The notes: generated by a model from the letters alone, not told the origin. DNA of 64,000 nucleotides from Bdellovibrionales bacterium (GCA_964230645.1 CAXRHT010000001.1:448001-512000), one strand, 5' to 3'; shown: positions 50,615-60,482, counted from the first letter of the stretch. A program made the numbers and translations.

Positions 50615-51076
50615 ATGAAAGCACTAATCTTAAGCCTACTTACCTTATTAGCCACTCAAAGCGCCTTCGCCACTGTCGGCGGAATTGATGATGTCTGGAT
50701 CGTCGTCAATGACGAGTACACTGGCGAGATGTACCTAAAAGAAGTTCCACTTGATGGATGCTGGGGACTTCCCCAAGGCCCCCGCCTTATTCAGTTCACA
50801 TCTGAGTACAGTGTTCAAGCCTCTATGGGCTGCGGAGTGAGTGGTAACTACAGAGTTGACCTCAACGCCCTATCTTGTGCAGAAGTAGAAGAGTCAGTTG
50901 AGAGTGAAGATTTCATGAGCTTTAAAAAAATCCGTTTAGACATTTCACAGTGCTCATTAAAAGATAACGCGCGCTTTATTACACTTATACGTACAGCCGC
51001 TGCAAGAAACTTTCCCCAATCGGAAAATGGCGATTATGTCAGCGATAAAGAAGTGGAACTGATTTTAGAAAAATAA
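50615..51076 (+). CDS. Small secreted hypothetical protein
   Basis: AAGGAG RBS; signal peptide ending AFA; 4 Cys; terminator hairpin at 51103-51133. Confidence 0.8.
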   Translation: MKALILSLLTLLATQSAFATVGGIDDVWIVVNDEYTGEMYLKEVPLDGCWGLPQGPRLIQFTSEYSVQASMGCGVSGNYRVDLNALSCAEVEESVESEDFMSFKKIRLDISQCSLKDNARFITLIRTAAARNFPQSENGDYVSDKEVELILEK

Positions 51077-51223
51077 TCGGAACCAAAAAGACTCTTTTCT
51101 CAAACGTCATCCTTTTTTTGAGGGTGACGTTTTCTATTTGGATCTCAGTTTGAGTTCGACTACCAGTGAAAGGGGGACACCACTGGGGGTTGATTCCTTG
51201 TTAAGTTCAGGTCCCCCATTTTT

Positions 51224-51256
51224 GACCAAGGCTGATAAAGCCTTGGTCTTTTTTTT
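51224..51256 (+). terminator. Strong Rho-independent terminator with no ORF directly upstream
   Basis: GACCAAGGCT-GATAA-AGCCTTGGTC-T8. Confidence 0.75.
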
Positions 51257-51353
51257 ATGTATCGATCTGATACAAACAAGGCCATTTGCACTAAAAAAAA
51301 TCGGGCCCTAAAAAGTTGTTTGCTATAATAAAACTATGCCAGGGGGCTCATCT

Positions 51354-52655
51354 ATGATTTTGCGTGTATTACTTGTCTTCGGAACATTTCTACTGATCGC
51401 AGCGGTTTTGGTGGATAAACCTCTTCCTATTGGTGGACCGCAAGTTGCCTCAGAACAATCAAGTGTCACCACTCAAAAAAGAAAACAAGAACTAGGTAAA
51501 GTTCAACTTAATGTCAAAGTTCCAAAAGAAGAGTCCGTGATTATGAACGATCCGGCCATTCATAAAAAATGGGGTCTACAAAAATCAGATGCCCTCAATG
51601 CTTGGCAGCTCACAACAGGAAGTCGAGAAATTGTTGTCGCAATCGTCGATACAGGAATTGATGTGAACCATCCCGACATTCAAAAAAATCTGTGGAGGAA
51701 TCCTGGGGAATCAGGCCTGGATGCTAATGGAAAAGACAAAGCCACCAATGGTATTGATGACGACAAAAACGGCTATGTTGATGATGTACACGGCTGGAAT
51801 TTTGTGCATAACAATCACAATCTCAAAGACAACCATGGACATGGTACCCATATCGCAGGAATCGTGGGCGCTGAAGGTGGTAACTCTTATGGTGTCACAG
51901 GTGTGGCTCCTAAAGTGAGCCTTATGATTCTTAAATACTTTGATCCCAACTCAGCCAGTGGCAACCTGGTGAACACCATCAAAGCTTTTAACTACGCTGT
52001 GGAGATGAATGCCAATATTATCAATTATTCCGGAGGAGGCCTTGAGTACAGTCACAAAGAATTCCTTGCTGTAAAAAGAGCCGAGCAAAAAGGTATTCTC
52101 TTTGTTGCGGCTGCTGGTAACGAAAAAACTAATTCTGATTTCAATAAATACTATCCGGCCGATTATGACCTCGATAATATTATCTCGGTCACAGCACTGA
52201 ACCCAACTCTTAGAGTTCTAAGCTCGAGTAACTACGGAGTGAGAACGGTCGATATCGCTGCTCCCGGAGAGAATATCTACTCCACACTTCCCGATAAAAG
52301 TTTCGGTCCAATGACAGGAACTTCACAGGCCACAGCTTTTGTTAGTGGCGTTGCCGCCCTCTTGATGGCGCACAATCGCGAATTTGATGCTAAAGCCGTT
52401 CGTAAATATATATTGCGCACAGGTGATAATCTCGATTGGCTGAAAAATAAAACTCGCACTTCTAAAAAGCTTAATGTTTACCGAAGTCTCACGATGCTTG
52501 ATCAAGGCGTGGGAGCCTCAGGAGTGGTTGCTAACAACACGGCCAATCCAGAGTCCGATGTTTTTACCACTCCCGATAATAAAAAGCAGAAAGAAGACTC
52601 TAGCCTTAGTGGCTTTGGAAAATCTTTATTGAAAGCTATTGAAAAGAAGAAGTAA
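51354..52655 (+). CDS. S8 subtilisin-like serine protease
   Basis: VAIVDTGID, NGIDDDKNGYVDDVHGWNF, HGTHIAG, GTSQATA; probable ATG 51354 after GGGGG. Confidence 0.93.
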   Translation: MILRVLLVFGTFLLIAAVLVDKPLPIGGPQVASEQSSVTTQKRKQELGKVQLNVKVPKEESVIMNDPAIHKKWGLQKSDALNAWQLTTGSREIVVAIVDTGIDVNHPDIQKNLWRNPGESGLDANGKDKATNGIDDDKNGYVDDVHGWNFVHNNHNLKDNHGHGTHIAGIVGAEGGNSYGVTGVAPKVSLMILKYFDPNSASGNLVNTIKAFNYAVEMNANIINYSGGGLEYSHKEFLAVKRAEQKGILFVAAAGNEKTNSDFNKYYPADYDLDNIISVTALNPTLRVLSSSNYGVRTVDIAAPGENIYSTLPDKSFGPMTGTSQATAFVSGVAALLMAHNREFDAKAVRKYILRTGDNLDWLKNKTRTSKKLNVYRSLTMLDQGVGASGVVANNTANPESDVFTTPDNKKQKEDSSLSGFGKSLLKAIEKKK

Positions 52656-52697
52656 TACCCGCTAGCTTTTCTTTGCTTGCGCACCAGCGCTTGCAAA

Positions 52698-53936
52698 TTA
52701 ATAGTGAATAAGAAAGTTGAGGTTCACCAAGGACTCGCTTTCAGGAAAAACGTTAGTGGCCGCCAAGTTTTTGGAAAATTCTGTATTTTCCACAAAGGCT
52801 CCTAGACGTAACTTATTGCCTTTCAAGTAATAATTAAGGCCACCTGCCCAGGAATTCTGATCAAAGTCGCTCGTCTCAGAAAAACGATCCCATTTTTGCA
52901 ACCGAACAAAGGGAGCAATGTAGTGAAAGTTCGTAAATGTGTATTCTAATTGCGCAAACCAGCCCGAGCTTTTTCCTGTCTCAAGTGTTGCAGCACTAAA
53001 ATCTTTCACCATACCTTCAAAAATATAGTACTCGCTGGCAAAAGAAATAGGACCATAATGAAAGGAGAGCTCATAATTATAAAGGCGACGATCAACTTCT
53101 GAGTCTAAGGTATTAGTAGAAAAGCGAATATTGTCCACAAAAAATGCGCCGGCTCCGATGGTAAAATGTTTGCCATGACCAAATTTAGTCTCAGTCATCT
53201 TTTCTTCTTCCCATCCAGGAATTGGAGAGAGGCGAAGCCTGGTTCCATAAGCAAAACTTTGCCCTTCTATGCTTAGAGGAGTACGCTCGAGTGAATCTAA
53301 AAAACTATTACTATGGACACTATCGCCTACAACCCATTGTGCGCGCACTTTATTTTGCCAGTTTGCCAACAGCTGGATATTGGTTCCACGTCTTGCCTCC
53401 GAAATATAGTCGGCTGAATAATCGGAAATATTGGCTCGATTTAAAATCAAAAGCCTAGATGAGGAAACTGTTTGGCTGCGAGAAACATCGTATTTGGCTC
53501 GGAAGACACGCAGCTTAAAAATATCAGAATTGAACAAGTCCTTTATTTGAAAGAAGGCGTCACCTAGAGCAAAAGAATTATCCTGTGTGCTTCCCCGGTC
53601 CACCTCATCGGCGCGGATATCCATATAAATGAGATAATCTTTTTGAAATCCGGCCTCAAGTTGCAAGCGAGAACGACGCAAATACATATCTTGAGATTCA
53701 GCCGCGTCGATTCCTCCTAGCTCTCTTTGAACTCGGTTTTCAGCCACTCCCTGCAAACGTAGACCCACTCGTAAACGAAAATCACTTTGCTCTTGAAGAT
53801 TAGGAAGCTTTGTTCCCCAGCCAAAGGCCGACTCCCCTTTTCCTAAATCAAAAACAGGATCGCCTCCTTTTTGAGCAAAAACAGGCTGATACATTCCAAT
53901 TAGGAAAGATATAACGAAAAACTGACACTTCAACAT
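52698..53936 (-). CDS. Outer-membrane porin (phosphate-selective OprO/P-like)
   Basis: Signal peptide; DMYLRRSRLQL, SSSRLLILNRA, GWFAQLEY, PFVR, GLNYYLKGNKLRL. Confidence 0.7.
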   Translation of the reverse strand: MLKCQFFVISFLIGMYQPVFAQKGGDPVFDLGKGESAFGWGTKLPNLQEQSDFRLRVGLRLQGVAENRVQRELGGIDAAESQDMYLRRSRLQLEAGFQKDYLIYMDIRADEVDRGSTQDNSFALGDAFFQIKDLFNSDIFKLRVFRAKYDVSRSQTVSSSRLLILNRANISDYSADYISEARRGTNIQLLANWQNKVRAQWVVGDSVHSNSFLDSLERTPLSIEGQSFAYGTRLRLSPIPGWEEEKMTETKFGHGKHFTIGAGAFFVDNIRFSTNTLDSEVDRRLYNYELSFHYGPISFASEYYIFEGMVKDFSAATLETGKSSGWFAQLEYTFTNFHYIAPFVRLQKWDRFSETSDFDQNSWAGGLNYYLKGNKLRLGAFVENTEFSKNLAATNVFPESESLVNLNFLIHY

Positions 53937-53960
53937 TTGACTACGAAACTAACGCCTTGG

Positions 53961-55808
53961 TTAGTTTCGCGCAATAATTAAATACTGTCCTTTTAAGATA
54001 TTGTTGGTTTTAAGATTATTGAGTCTCTTGATCGCACGAATGGTGGTACCAAACTTTTTGGCAATCTTATAGAGATTGTCCCCCGGGCGAATGCGGTAGC
54101 GCGTGGGCTTTGAGCGACTTCCTTGAATTTTAAGAGTCTGACCCACAAGAATTCGTCCAGAAGAAAGCCCATTAATTCTTTTAAGCTTACTAACACTCAC
54201 ACCGTGTTCTTTAGCAATCTCAGTCAGGTTATCTCCCCTTTGAACTTTGTATTTGGCAACTTTTCCACTTCGAGCTTTTCCACGAAGCTTTAAACGTTGG
54301 CCCACAAAAATACGGGAAGATCTCATTCCATTAAGCCTTTTAATTTTACCAACACTGGTTCCAAAGCGTCTTGCGATCTCGGTTAAATTATCCCCTCGGC
54401 GCACGCGGTACTGAGTGATGGAGCGGTTTTTCGCTTTTCCTTTAACCTTAATTTTCTGACCCACCATAATTCTGTTGCTTCGAAGGCCATTGATTCTTTT
54501 GATTTTCGAAACGGAAGTGCCGTGGCGTCTTGCAATTTCAGAGAGATTGTCTCCTCGGCGCACTCGATAGACACTGGCGTAGGAACGCCCTTGTCTCACT
54601 CGCAACCTTTGGCCAATGTAAATGCGGCTTGAGCGAAGATTATTAATACGCTTGAGTCGCCCCACCGATGTGCCATAGCGTCTAGCGATATAAGAAAGGT
54701 TTTGCCCTCTACGTACACGGTGAAAGCGAAAAGACTTAGCCACACGACTGGGAACTCTTAGACTTTTAATCCGATGAGTTTTCATGGCATCAAATTTTGC
54801 TAGCACATTGCTAGAAATTTCTTTCTTAATCCACAGTCTATAAACCTTAGATTTTGTAGGAGGCGTTACATCCTTTTTCAAATGAAAGTTATACTTTTTA
54901 ATGTCTTTCACTGAAAGGCCTGTGGCTTCAGCGACATGAGAAAGCTTAATGGGGCTTGGAACTTTAACTAGCTCCACTGGGGTCCATGGTTTTTTAGCCA
55001 CTTCATGAAAACCATACTTTTCAAGATTTCTACCGATAGTAAGGATGGCTAAAAACTGCGGAATGTATTCACGTGTATCGTAGGGAAGGAGGCGCCTTCT
55101 GGTAAGACTCCAGTAATCACGCGTTCCCCCACGTCTCATGGCTCGTCCCACTCGCCCAGGTCCTGCGTTGTAGGAGGCCAGAGCTAAATACCAAGACTTC
55201 TTTTGACGATGAAGTTCTTTTAAGTATCGGATCGCCGCAAGGGTGGAACGAATCGGATCGATTCTTTCGTCCACATAACTATTAATTTTTAAACCGTACT
55301 GCCTTCCCGTTGGAGCCATAAACTGCCAAGCTCCGACCGCTCCAGCTCTTGAAAGAGCTTTGGTGACATAACCACTCTCCAAAATGGCAAGATAGTAAAG
55401 ATCCGGAGGTAAACCGTTTGTCACCAGTAAGTCCTGCACGATTTCTTTATAGCGTGCCCCGCGATTGAGAAATCTTTGAAAACGCTTGCGGTCTTTTTTG
55501 GAATAATACTTTATCCACTTTTTCACCTTAGGAAGATGCTCCTGAGTTTCCATCTCATACTTGGGCTCAGGCTTCTTCACTACAATAGGCTGTGGATCTT
55601 CTTTGTCGGTTGAGGCCACGTTGCGATTGAACTGCTTAGCGATTTTTTGCAAAGAGCGTTTTTGAGCTTCAAGCAAAGACTCATCAAGCCCGTCTTCGAC
55701 GATTTCCTGGTATTCCTCCGGTTCATCTTGAGAACCTTGTCTGTGTTGGGGCGTGCTTGCGCAGCTGCTTAGCAAAAGAGCAAAAACAAAAAACAGTGGC
55801 CACTTCAT
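53961..55808 (-). CDS. mltD: Membrane-bound lytic murein transglycosylase D-like lipoprotein with five LysM domains
   Basis: LSSC lipobox; LAILESG, AVGAWQFM, LASYNAG; five (Y/H)(R/K)(V/I)xxG(D/Q)NL..IA LysM repeats. The catalytic region reads DTREY where ETxxY is usual. Confidence 0.9.
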   Translation of the reverse strand: MKWPLFFVFALLLSSCASTPQHRQGSQDEPEEYQEIVEDGLDESLLEAQKRSLQKIAKQFNRNVASTDKEDPQPIVVKKPEPKYEMETQEHLPKVKKWIKYYSKKDRKRFQRFLNRGARYKEIVQDLLVTNGLPPDLYYLAILESGYVTKALSRAGAVGAWQFMAPTGRQYGLKINSYVDERIDPIRSTLAAIRYLKELHRQKKSWYLALASYNAGPGRVGRAMRRGGTRDYWSLTRRRLLPYDTREYIPQFLAILTIGRNLEKYGFHEVAKKPWTPVELVKVPSPIKLSHVAEATGLSVKDIKKYNFHLKKDVTPPTKSKVYRLWIKKEISSNVLAKFDAMKTHRIKSLRVPSRVAKSFRFHRVRRGQNLSYIARRYGTSVGRLKRINNLRSSRIYIGQRLRVRQGRSYASVYRVRRGDNLSEIARRHGTSVSKIKRINGLRSNRIMVGQKIKVKGKAKNRSITQYRVRRGDNLTEIARRFGTSVGKIKRLNGMRSSRIFVGQRLKLRGKARSGKVAKYKVQRGDNLTEIAKEHGVSVSKLKRINGLSSGRILVGQTLKIQGSRSKPTRYRIRPGDNLYKIAKKFGTTIRAIKRLNNLKTNNILKGQYLIIARN

Positions 55809-55826
55809 GTTGCCTCCTTGGTGATT

Positions 55827-56432
55827 TTATGGGCGTCGGTAAAGTAATAAAGCGATAAACATAAGCATAAACGAAAAACCCAATCCGATGAGGTTTCTCG
55901 CTGCGGGATTGAAAAATCCCACCAAAATGAGGGATAGACTTACGAATAAAGCCCCCCACAAAATGGTCTTGGTAATAAAGTCGATTGGCAACTCTTTGAT
56001 AGCCGAATCATTGGATGGGGCCGGTAAGGCTTGGATCGTTAGGCGTGAGAGAGCTTGCTTTCTCATCACCTCTGCGATGTCGTCTTCTCGGTCGATCTCT
56101 AACATTCTCGAATAGTGATGGACCGCAAAAGGAAGAGCTCCATTTTCTTGGCAAACTTTAATAAAGTTCTGGTGCTCATCTTGGTCGTTGTAGTTCACAA
56201 CCACTTGCTTCCATTTTTTATCTAACTTTTTAATATCTGAATCGGTGAGATGATCGATCCCTCCGATGGCCTGCTTGGTTGAGTTTAATTTTGTTCGGTC
56301 TTCAAATTTTTGTACCACAACACCGCAGGAGAAACATTCCGAGTGGCCAGCGACCATCTCTTTTCCACAGGCTGGACAATTTTGGTAAGACTCACCAAAA
56401 CCTGTTGCAAACTCCATCTGATATTCGTCCAT
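55827..56432 (-). CDS. Zinc-ribbon membrane protein
   Basis: CPACG...ECFSCG at the N-terminus; two C-terminal TM helices. Confidence 0.75.
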   Translation of the reverse strand: MDEYQMEFATGFGESYQNCPACGKEMVAGHSECFSCGVVVQKFEDRTKLNSTKQAIGGIDHLTDSDIKKLDKKWKQVVVNYNDQDEHQNFIKVCQENGALPFAVHHYSRMLEIDREDDIAEVMRKQALSRLTIQALPAPSNDSAIKELPIDFITKTILWGALFVSLSLILVGFFNPAARNLIGLGFSFMLMFIALLLYRRP

Positions 56433-56500
56433 GAATAATCTCCATCAAAAAATAATATTTCTAAGTAGATCGTACCATAGCTTTTAAGTATTATAAACTT

Positions 56501-58045
56501 ATGCAAAAACGATTCCGGCACTACCTTCTTCCTATTCTATCAGGATTCTTCATTGGAACAAGCTATATACCTTTCCCCCCCTGGGCCTTGCTGTTTTGCC
56601 TCACCCCCCTTTGGGTGTTTTGGTGGAAAGAAAGTTCCTATAAAAAGGTGTTTTTTGCCGGGTGGATTTCGCAGTTTATTTTAAACGCCATTGGGTTTCA
56701 CTGGATCGCTCACACCACAGTAGAATTTGGACGGATGCCCTGGCCCGCAGGACTAGCGGTGCTTTTACTGTTTTGCACTCTTGCCCATCTCTACTACCCC
56801 ATTGCTGGAGTTTTGTGGAAATTTCTGGTTGTGAAACTAAAAATATCTCAAACAACCTCGCTCCTCTTACTCCCTCTGGTCTTTATTTTGTGTGAAAGAC
56901 TTTACCCGACAATTTTTTATTGGCACCTGGGTTACCCTTGGCTTTGGGCTAGCCTGCCTGGCTACCAGATCACTGAATGGATTGGTTTTTTTGGTTTAAA
57001 CCTCATCACCCTTTTTATTAATGCTCTTTTTGCTTTGTTCTGGTTGCATCGAAAGAAGAGCCAGTGGCTCCATAAATATTCTGTTCTTGCCATTGCCATC
57101 TTTATTTTGGTCAACATTCTAGGACTGATCCAGAAAAGCCTTCTTCATCCCCCCGATCAAAAGGCGCGCATACTGATGGTCCAAGGTAACGTCGGGAACT
57201 TAGAGAAAATCCAAGCCGAAGTGGGTGTGGGCTACCAAGAAAAGATTGTGAAAGATTTTATTAGGCTCACTGAAGAAGGCATTGAAAAATATGGCCAGGT
57301 GGACCTGGTCGTTTGGCCTGAGACCGCTTTTCCAGAGGTCCTTCACCCCGGTGTGATTCGCCGCTTTCGCCGCCAGCTGGGAATTATGACAAACAATCGC
57401 GATATTGAGCTCCTCACCGGGGCTTACATGAGAAAAGATCACTACGGCCAAGTCTACAACGGCCTTGTACTCATGAAGGGCGGCAAGGATCTCAGTAGTT
57501 ATCAAAAAACCATTCTCCTGGCTTTTGGAGAGTATTTCCCCTTCTCCAAGCATTTTCCTAAACTCAAGGAGCTCTTCCCCATGGTTTCAGACTTTGGTCG
57601 TGGCGAAGGGCCAAGCATCATCGATTGGGAGAAGGCTCGCATCGGTGCTCAGATTTGCTACGAAGGGCTTTTTGATGAGTTTTCAACAAGCCTTAAACAA
57701 AAAGGTGCCCAAATAATCATCAATGTGACCAATGACTCTTGGTTCGGTTACCCCTTTGAACCCTACCAGCATATGTATATGACGCTGGCTCGAGCCATTG
57801 AAAACCGCGTCCCTCTTGTCAGAGTGACCAACACAGGGATCACCACGGCCATTGAACAAGACGGCCGCATTCATGAGTTCTCACCGCGCAACAAAGAATG
57901 GGTGGGACTGGCGGAAATTTCCTTTCACTCTACACCCGTGAAGACCTTTTATGTTAAACTGGCGGACAAATGGCCCCTGATTTTGCTTCTATTGATTGGG
58001 TTGTTGGTTGGAGGAGACCGAATTGCAAGAACTCGCAAACATTGA
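56501..58045 (+). CDS. lnt: Apolipoprotein N-acyltransferase
   Basis: VQGNV, VVWPETAF, YQKTILLAFGEYFP, QICYEG, NVTNDSWFG, RAIENRVPLVRVTNTGIT. Confidence 0.95.
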   Translation: MQKRFRHYLLPILSGFFIGTSYIPFPPWALLFCLTPLWVFWWKESSYKKVFFAGWISQFILNAIGFHWIAHTTVEFGRMPWPAGLAVLLLFCTLAHLYYPIAGVLWKFLVVKLKISQTTSLLLLPLVFILCERLYPTIFYWHLGYPWLWASLPGYQITEWIGFFGLNLITLFINALFALFWLHRKKSQWLHKYSVLAIAIFILVNILGLIQKSLLHPPDQKARILMVQGNVGNLEKIQAEVGVGYQEKIVKDFIRLTEEGIEKYGQVDLVVWPETAFPEVLHPGVIRRFRRQLGIMTNNRDIELLTGAYMRKDHYGQVYNGLVLMKGGKDLSSYQKTILLAFGEYFPFSKHFPKLKELFPMVSDFGRGEGPSIIDWEKARIGAQICYEGLFDEFSTSLKQKGAQIIINVTNDSWFGYPFEPYQHMYMTLARAIENRVPLVRVTNTGITTAIEQDGRIHEFSPRNKEWVGLAEISFHSTPVKTFYVKLADKWPLILLLLIGLLVGGDRIARTRKH

Positions 58046-60359
58046 TTGGGATAAAACGCTCTACCATCTCGTCGAATTTGCAACTTCCTCTGAAGGCAAA
58101 GACGCTCTAAAGAAAACAATTCCTCTGCTGGATAAAAAAGAGGCCGAAAAAAGTTTTGCGACAATTGACGAAGCTCAAAATATTTTAAAAACGGGACAAC
58201 GTCCCTATATGGAAAGTCTTGATCTTTTTCACTCTTGGTATTTACGCCTTGAAAAAAATGCGGTCTTAAAAACAATCGAACTCAAAGACATCAGACTTTT
58301 TCTTCTGGAAACGGAAAATCTTAGCCAGATACTTAAACCCTTAAAAGGCGACTGGATCGAATCGATCAAACCGGAACTTATGGCTTCAAAAGAGCCTCTT
58401 TCTAGCATCGAACATTTAATGACCTCTCAAGGGGATATTCGCACCGACGCCTCAGAGAACTTGTTTAAACTGCACCAAGAGAAAAAGCAGCTCGCTTCAA
58501 AGGTACAAAACACTCTTGATGAACTCGTTAAGGGTCACGATCACGATCCCCATTTACAAGATAAATACGTCACCAACCGCGAGGGCCGCTGGGTGATACC
58601 CATAAAAAGTGGAATGCGCCATGAACTCGATGGCATTATTCATGCCACCAGTTCTTCTAAACAAACGGTTTTCATGGAACCCCAGGAAATCGTTCCGCTT
58701 AATAACCGCATCAAGCAAATTGAAATTGAGATTGAAAAAGAGATCGCAAAGCTTCTTAAACAGATTTCCGATTACCTTTTTAATTTAATCACCGACTTTT
58801 CAAGAACCCGTGAGGTTCTCTTAGAGGTGGACTGCTACCTTGCCAAAGCGCAATTTGCCAATGTCACCTCCGCTTCCGCGATTGAGTTTTGTGAGGATCA
58901 AATTGTTCTTGATAATCTCAAGCACCCTCTTATGGTTCTTAATGGTGAAGTGGTGATTCCCAACAGCTTAAGTCTTGATAAAAATGAAAAAATTCTGATT
59001 CTCTCAGGTCCCAATGCCGGTGGTAAAACAGTCTTACTAAAATCTTTTGGTTTGGCCGCACATATGGCGCGCTGTGGACTTCCTATATGCGCTGGCCCCC
59101 ACTCTAAGATTCCCTTCTTTGAAGAAATTTACATCGCTGTGGGAGACTCGCAAAGTGTGGATCAGAGCTTAAGTACTTTTGCTGGCCACCTGAAAGTTTT
59201 GGATCAGGCCTGTCACGCACAAGGAGCAAAGTCCCTTGTGCTCATTGACGAGATTTGCGGCTCCACCGACCCGGACGAGGGTGCGGCCCTTGCACGAGGT
59301 TTTATTCACCATTACGCCTATCAAGGAGCTTTTGGTCTGATCACCTCTCACTTGGGCCCGCTCAAATCAGGATGGGAAGAGAACTCAGGAATTGTGAACG
59401 GTTCCATGAATTACGACACCGAATCAGGGCGCGCCACTTACGAATTCATCCGTGGGATCGCTGGAAAATCCTTAGCTTTTGCAACGGCCAAGAAAATTGG
59501 AATACTCGATAGCGTTTACAATAACGCCAAAATGTTCCTTAGTCCCGCCGGTCAAAGGCGACTCCAATCCATGGAAGAAGTGGAGAGAATGAAAGAGGAA
59601 ATCTCTCAACTTAAAACGAAAGTGCGAAGTGAGTTGGCGGAAGCTGACAAGAAGCAAAAAGAGTACGAAAAACTCATTCGCGAATTTAATTACCAAAAAG
59701 AAGAACGGCTCCAAAAAGAAATAAAAAAGTCTCTTGATAAAATCAAAGAGGATATGAAAAAGGGACAGGTGAAAGATATTTTTGCCTCCCACGAACGCCG
59801 AGAAAAAATTTCGGCTGACTTTCCCGAGGTGGTTAAATACTCACAAAGTGCCAGTTCGAGTGAGCCCCAATACGACACCGTGGAAAAGTTTACGAAAGCC
59901 TTCCCCCCAGGGAGTGTGGTTTTTGTAACGAGTCTGAATCAAGATGGCATCGTACAAGGAAGCCCAAATGCCAAAGGCGAAATACCCATTCTTTCAGGCT
60001 CCATGCGCTTATTTGTGGACTGGAACTTACTCAAGCCGCCCAAGAAAACTCAAAATCCTCTGAAGAAAAAAAGTAACAACAAAAACTCAGAGATTGTTTA
60101 TGACACTAAAAAAGATGAACTCGATCTGCGAGGCTTGAGCGCCAACGAAGCCATTGAGAAATTGGAAATCTCTTTAGATAAGGCCACTGTCAATAATATT
60201 GAAAGAATTAAAATCGTTCACGGCAACGGCTCCGACACTCTCAAAAAGGCAGTGCGCTCTCACCTCTCAAGAAGTGTCTACATCTCTCGCTGGCAAGTCT
60301 CCGGCCCCAGCGAAGGTGGTGACGGCGTGACCCTAGCCTACATCATGCTCGACAAATAA
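58023..60359 (+). CDS. mutS2: Endonuclease MutS2
   Basis: SGPNAGGKT, QSLSTFAGH, LIDEICGSTDPDEGAAL, C-terminal Smr (LDLRGL...IVHGNG); TTG start after GGAGGA, overlapping the end of lnt. Confidence 0.95.
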   Translation: MQELANIDWDKTLYHLVEFATSSEGKDALKKTIPLLDKKEAEKSFATIDEAQNILKTGQRPYMESLDLFHSWYLRLEKNAVLKTIELKDIRLFLLETENLSQILKPLKGDWIESIKPELMASKEPLSSIEHLMTSQGDIRTDASENLFKLHQEKKQLASKVQNTLDELVKGHDHDPHLQDKYVTNREGRWVIPIKSGMRHELDGIIHATSSSKQTVFMEPQEIVPLNNRIKQIEIEIEKEIAKLLKQISDYLFNLITDFSRTREVLLEVDCYLAKAQFANVTSASAIEFCEDQIVLDNLKHPLMVLNGEVVIPNSLSLDKNEKILILSGPNAGGKTVLLKSFGLAAHMARCGLPICAGPHSKIPFFEEIYIAVGDSQSVDQSLSTFAGHLKVLDQACHAQGAKSLVLIDEICGSTDPDEGAALARGFIHHYAYQGAFGLITSHLGPLKSGWEENSGIVNGSMNYDTESGRATYEFIRGIAGKSLAFATAKKIGILDSVYNNAKMFLSPAGQRRLQSMEEVERMKEEISQLKTKVRSELAEADKKQKEYEKLIREFNYQKEERLQKEIKKSLDKIKEDMKKGQVKDIFASHERREKISADFPEVVKYSQSASSSEPQYDTVEKFTKAFPPGSVVFVTSLNQDGIVQGSPNAKGEIPILSGSMRLFVDWNLLKPPKKTQNPLKKKSNNKNSEIVYDTKKDELDLRGLSANEAIEKLEISLDKATVNNIERIKIVHGNGSDTLKKAVRSHLSRSVYISRWQVSGPSEGGDGVTLAYIMLDK

Positions 60360-60364
60360 CCACC

Positions 60365-60440
60365 TCACCCCATGGTACCTGCTTCCCAATGGTAGCGATC
60401 CCGCGTCACCCAGTGGTACCTGCTTCCCGATGGTAGCAAT
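60365..60440. repeat. Tandem duplication, 41-bp period, GGTACCTGCTTCCC core
   Basis: TCACCCCATGGTACCTGCTTCCCAATGGTAGCGAT and TCACCCAGTGGTACCTGCTTCCCGATGGTAGCAAT between the convergent mutS2 and P450 genes. Confidence 0.8.
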
Positions 60441-60482
60441 AGTGCGTTAGCAAATTGCGACGCTCTTTCAATTCTGTTGTAT

